A stretch of 55,036 nucleotides of DNA, filler included, from Bipalium vagum (Eukaryota), in assembly GCA_037834085.1 (NCBI GenBank). It is 3 parts of 3 records of this genome, joined end to end, with 100 filler letters (N's around TTAATTAATTAA, not from the genome) between each part and the next. Parts side by side here need not be neighbours in the genome. Positions count along the whole stretch, not along the records: positions 38,211 to 55,036 come from JBBMKC010091827.1; 2 more parts are not named here. The stretch is one strand, 5' to 3'. Both the position numbers and the translations under genes were made by a program. Below, piece by piece: positions 50,650 through 55,036 of the stretch. The stretch's first letter is position 1; every line of letters begins with the position of its first letter. The notes under the pieces were generated by a model that ran no database searches, was not told the origin of the DNA, and saw only the letters and a program-made list of their open reading frames with translations.

Positions 50650-51500
50650 ATCGAATGAATTAAGTAAACACAAGTTTTCTGGAATTCATGACTCTGATTC
50701 TAATACATCTAACAGCAGATACTTTTATTATCATTTTTATTTCGATAGTCGGGCATATTAATTCACTGCCTCAAAATGGTCCACAGGTTTCGATTGGTGA
50801 GACACGAAGATATATCCGGTCACTTTAATACTTTTTTTTTCCATTTTGAAAATATCTTGCCAAAGTTTGTTGTGTGGCAGGAAGCTGGATATTGTACATA
50901 TGTACATAACAAACGTGATTTTAATAGATAGAAATATTGATCAGTTTTTATCATCCTTTCCATTTTATAAAATCTTCCAGTTCCTTTCCACATACTTAAA
51001 CCTGGAAGCAAAGTGTATCCTTTTAAATGATTCGTTTTCTGATCGTCTCACGAATTGGCAGGAGTCTGGCTGAAACTCAATTCATAGACAATCACTAAAA
51101 ATCAAACTTTTCCATTGATCTTTTGTCAAGTCCTTGTGTTCCAAAGGCCATGGAAGCCGAGACTTACTCATTTTATCTGTAAATACCTGACAACTTATTG
51201 GTCTTCCAGCAGGACGATCATTTTCAAGAAGTCTTGGATGTACTTGGATGTGATTTTGACAAGCGTAACAAGTCATCATATTCATTTGTCGTTCATGGTC
51301 TTACACAATTATTTCTCGAAGTCTTGTATGATCCAGTTTTCCTATGGCGGTTTATTATCCGAATAAAAATATTGAAAATATGTATTTAAATCTGAGACGA
51401 TATAACGCCAAACCCTGTTTGTATTCTCAGACAAAGCAGTTATTTAGGCCCTATTCTCTGTTGTTGTACCACACATTTCAAGCTAAAATAAAGTAGCCAA
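50650..51500 (-). mobile_element. Decayed Tc1 element
   Basis: RLPWPLEHKDLTKDQWKSLIFSD, GTGRFY...IKTDQY, ASCHT. Confidence 0.7.
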
Positions 51501-52138
51501 ACGCAGATTTAATTTAACTAATAAATTCCGACGATTACAGACCTTACAGATTTATATTAAATTGGGTGTGCTGCAATTTTATGCACTGTGCTGAAGATTC
51601 CTATGTATCATTCAAACAAATGGTTTCAGCTTTTCAGTTCGTCAATAAATTCATAAAATCATTTTGAAAATACGAGTGATGTCTCAGTGCAAAACTATTA
51701 TCTTTTAAGCACTGTGATCTGTATATGATCCTGATTTTTTATTTGATTTTGAAAAATATATGAAGTTTAACAAGTCCCCTTGAAATTTTGTGGGATTATT
51801 TTTTATAGATAGACTTGCGTCAATAGAATATTTTGTTTATATTGAAGACTTTTAATTCCAGATCAACGTTTTGGTTCTTTTCGTAATCATATACACTCTT
51901 TTCAAGAAAATGAAACAAAATAAAGTTCCTATAGCCAGGCGCAGTAGTAAATTAGCACTGTTCTCTACTGAATATAGGTAATTTGAATGTGTATATTTCT
52001 TTTCTTTTGTCTTTTTAATATAATATTATGATAAAAGAATTGTGAATTTTTTTTATTTCTATACATCATTCAAAGTAATGATTTAAAAAATATGGTTCAA
52101 AATCGATCTGTAATAATATAATTTTATTCGTATAATGC

Positions 52139-52139
<1 letters not shown>

Positions 52140-52211
<72 letters not shown>

Positions 52212-52216
52212 TATTA
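52140..52216. repeat. (ATT)n microsatellite
   Basis: Near-perfect trinucleotide run. Confidence 0.98.
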
Positions 52217-52269
52217 ATCAATTAATTAATATTACCTTTTGAAAAATTGAAGAATTACAGTAACATATA

Positions 52270-52855
52270 TTAGGTTGGTACATAGGTTCCCACGTTTTCT
52301 TAAATTTGTCATTCTTGCTATTTGTAGCTTTGTTTTGCTGAGCAAAAATAATTATTTTGAAAGCGCTTTTTTAAGTTACAAGCATGTAATCTTTATTCCT
52401 TCAATAACTTAATTATACTTAAATTTTTTATCTCTACAAGTGGATATTCCAGGCAGCGAAAAAATTCATTTTCGGCATTTATGATATTTTGCCCGTCGCC
52501 GTGGTCAGAAAGCTACAGAAGCAGCAAGAGACATTTGTGCTGTCTATGGACCTAATGCAATAGGTGAGAGGACCGCTCAAGAATGGTACAACAAATTCAA
52601 AAAGGATAATTTTGATCTCAAAGATAAATTTCGCTCCGGTCGACCATCCGAATTTGACAAGAATGTCTTCAGGAGCTTTTAAAGGAGAATGGTCGCCAAA
52701 CATCCAGAGAAATTGCTGACAAAATTGGCTGCATTTATCCAACAATCCTCAGACACCTTCATTCGATCGGCTTTGAGCAAAAATTTGAAGCTTAGATACC
52801 TCATAAACTCAGCGACCAAGACAAAGAAAATCGTTTCCAAATCGCAGCATAATAT
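52270..52855 (+). mobile_element. 5' part of a mariner of the same family as 23494-24585
   Basis: Nearly identical TIR (TTAGGTTGGTACATA.GTTCCC.CGTTTT) and high visible identity to the reverse complement of ~24050-24570. Confidence 0.92.
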
Positions 52856-54699
52856 TTATATTTTACTTATGAATCAACCCTATATATGGCGCTGAAGCCA
52901 TTGGCTTTCTCTAGAAACTAAAGACTCTGTTTTAGTTTGAGAGCACAATAAAACCCTCTATATATTTTATAATCAATAATTAATCTTATATATTCTTATA
53001 TATATAAAGCAGAACAAGCAAGGTATTAGATCACACAATGTGTTATAAAGAAAGGAAATCTATCAATATAAATTAACTTTTGTAGTAATGAGTAATTTAA
53101 TATCAATAAAATTATCATAACATATTGATAGAAATGCTCATTATGTTAAATGATTTGTTACAGAATAAATAAATATGGTTTAACCGACTAAAATATAAAC
53201 AAACAAATGAAGTACGAATTAGTGAGAATCTAGTGAAAATAATATGTCAAGAATAACTCTCAACAGAACTTATGTATCCGTCAGCAGTATTTTTCTGAAA
53301 ACTAATGAGAAAATTCCATGGGGGATAAAAAATTGCAGAATAATTTCTAAAACGACAGAACAAAAAATCAAAAGAAATTGATTATGGGACTTAATTGAAA
53401 TGTGTCCCTGCTATTTTTTGATGTTTTTTAATTTCCTAATATTTGCTTTGCGTGGACCTTGGTAGAAAAAAGACGGAGTCAATTAAAAGAAGGTAAATCA
53501 AAAATGAAACAATATCAAGAGTCGTTGTTTGAGGCCCATTTATCATAAAGGAAAATTATCAAAAGAAACAATTATCTAAATTACCTGAACTCGTTTCCTG
53601 TTAGAAAAATATGGAAAAATTGCTTTTCATAAATTTTTAAGAAAAAAATTATTTCCCTTTTTAACTTTCATTACGGGTTATCATTAGGAAATAATTTTTC
53701 AAAAGGATTTTGTGAAAAACGTAAATCTACATTCATCAATAAATGTCGAAAAATGTTAGGACGTTCTGTAAAATGAGAAAGTTCGCTTTTCAAGACCTCA
53801 GATTGACCAGTGAAGAGATATTTTCCGAGTTTTATCACAACCACATTTGCCAAGCAAAATTGTTTTCTGTAGGATCATCCTTGACTGTCATTAATGTTAT
53901 TGGTAAATGAATCTCATTATTATTTTCATTTTATCTTTTTTTGTTTAGAAAGAAAAATTTATAATATATATTTATAACAGAAAAATTTAGTTATTAGTTT
54001 TATATTAGATACGTGGATTAATTGGTCCGTTTTTTAATACATAAAACTTTTTCCTATGAAAAAACAAGCACATGAACACTAATTAAATTATTTTCCATTG
54101 TTTGCTATTATTTTTTTTGGAATCCTTGACGGAAAAACTATTCGTCTTTCGAAGTGATCCATTTATTGAGACATTTTGCTATTTCTTCATAATTGTTGAA
54201 TTGCTACTCCAAAACCCTAGGTTCAAAAAAAGTAAAATTTTGTTTCTTTGGAAGGAATAAGAAGCTTTGTAATTGTAACAAAAAATGAATTTTACTCAAG
54301 TTATTGTTCCAAGGGTACTATATACATTTAAACTTGAAACCAATATCAACATCAAGAACTTATACAAAAACTGATAATGATCACCAACTGATTTAATTAA
54401 TAAATCACTAACAGGAAAGGGATATTTGTTGAAAAATATTCACTATTTGTTAAAAGAAAGAACCACTTTTTGCCTCATGATAATCTAAATAATTATTTTG
54501 CCAAATGAACTTTGTTCAATTATTAAATTCAACCTCTTTCACTAGGCTTATCTTTCATCAATAAATAAGCTTTTTCAATGATATAAAATTTGTGGTTGAG
54601 ATGATAATGAGTTAACAATGAGATATGGGTTATGAATCTATTATTAATTCGATTATAAAATAAACTTTATTAATGGAAAGTCTAAAATAAGATTCAGTG

Positions 54700-54900
54700 A
54701 ACTTTGAGATAATTGTTTATGTCAAGGACATTCCAGCAAATCATAAACAATGTCTTTTTTCCATGGATGTTCAGTTATTTTCGTTTCAGGTTGCTGGATC
54801 AATTTTTCATCACCAGTGACAATTCAATTGAGCAAATGGTGTCTTCCTGATATTTTACCATTCTTGAAATCAATTCTTCTCGATTTATATTATGAAAACC
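54700..54900 (-). mobile_element. mariner core fragment
   Basis: IVTGDEKLI ... KKTLFMICWN. Confidence 0.55.
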
Positions 54901-55036
54901 ATCTTAGTACCTCTCCTTCCTCCCATCTAATGTTTTCTCATGGGCAGCATTAATCTTCCATGTGAGGATTAAAATGTTTTAAATAATTTAATTAGTTTAA
55001 ATATTTATTATTTAAATTAATTAATTAATTTTTTTG

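Noticed and set aside
53671-53853. 60-aa minus-strand ORF as a host exon
   Set aside because: No recognisable domain and no consistent neighbouring exons.

Overview
Very AT-rich eukaryotic (animal) genomic DNA. Tiny 42-68 nt introns, (ATT)n microsatellites and dense Tc1/mariner debris suggest a flatworm such as a planarian, but that is inference only. One intact host gene is present: PCID2 (TREX-2/Thp1 homologue), minus strand, 10 coding exons, 6427-8780, 403 aa, including a clear AT-AC U12-type intron. It is bracketed by two diverged, degenerate Maverick/Polinton (adintovirus-like) remnants reading away from each other. The left one (1-~3600, minus) carries a parvovirus-type PLA2 domain, a retroviral-like integrase and a 4-ORF block. 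The right one (~9480-15600) carries the same 4-ORF block, a minor capsid/penton, an A32/FtsK packaging ATPase, an HNH endonuclease and a protein-primed PolB. Next to the left Maverick lies a remnant of a chuvirus-like (class III, gB-type) fusion glycoprotein split by a Tigger/pogo insertion. Both Mavericks are peppered with short GC-rich insertions built from C(NNN)G triloop mini-hairpins; several are copy-specific and frame-preserving. The remaining ~39 kb is mostly decayed DNA transposons (mariner, Tc1, pogo, DD37D/DD41D-like, DD39D-like, hAT, Chapaev3) and simple repeats. All calls come from manual translation and motif recognition; no searches were run, and boundaries of degenerate elements are approximate.
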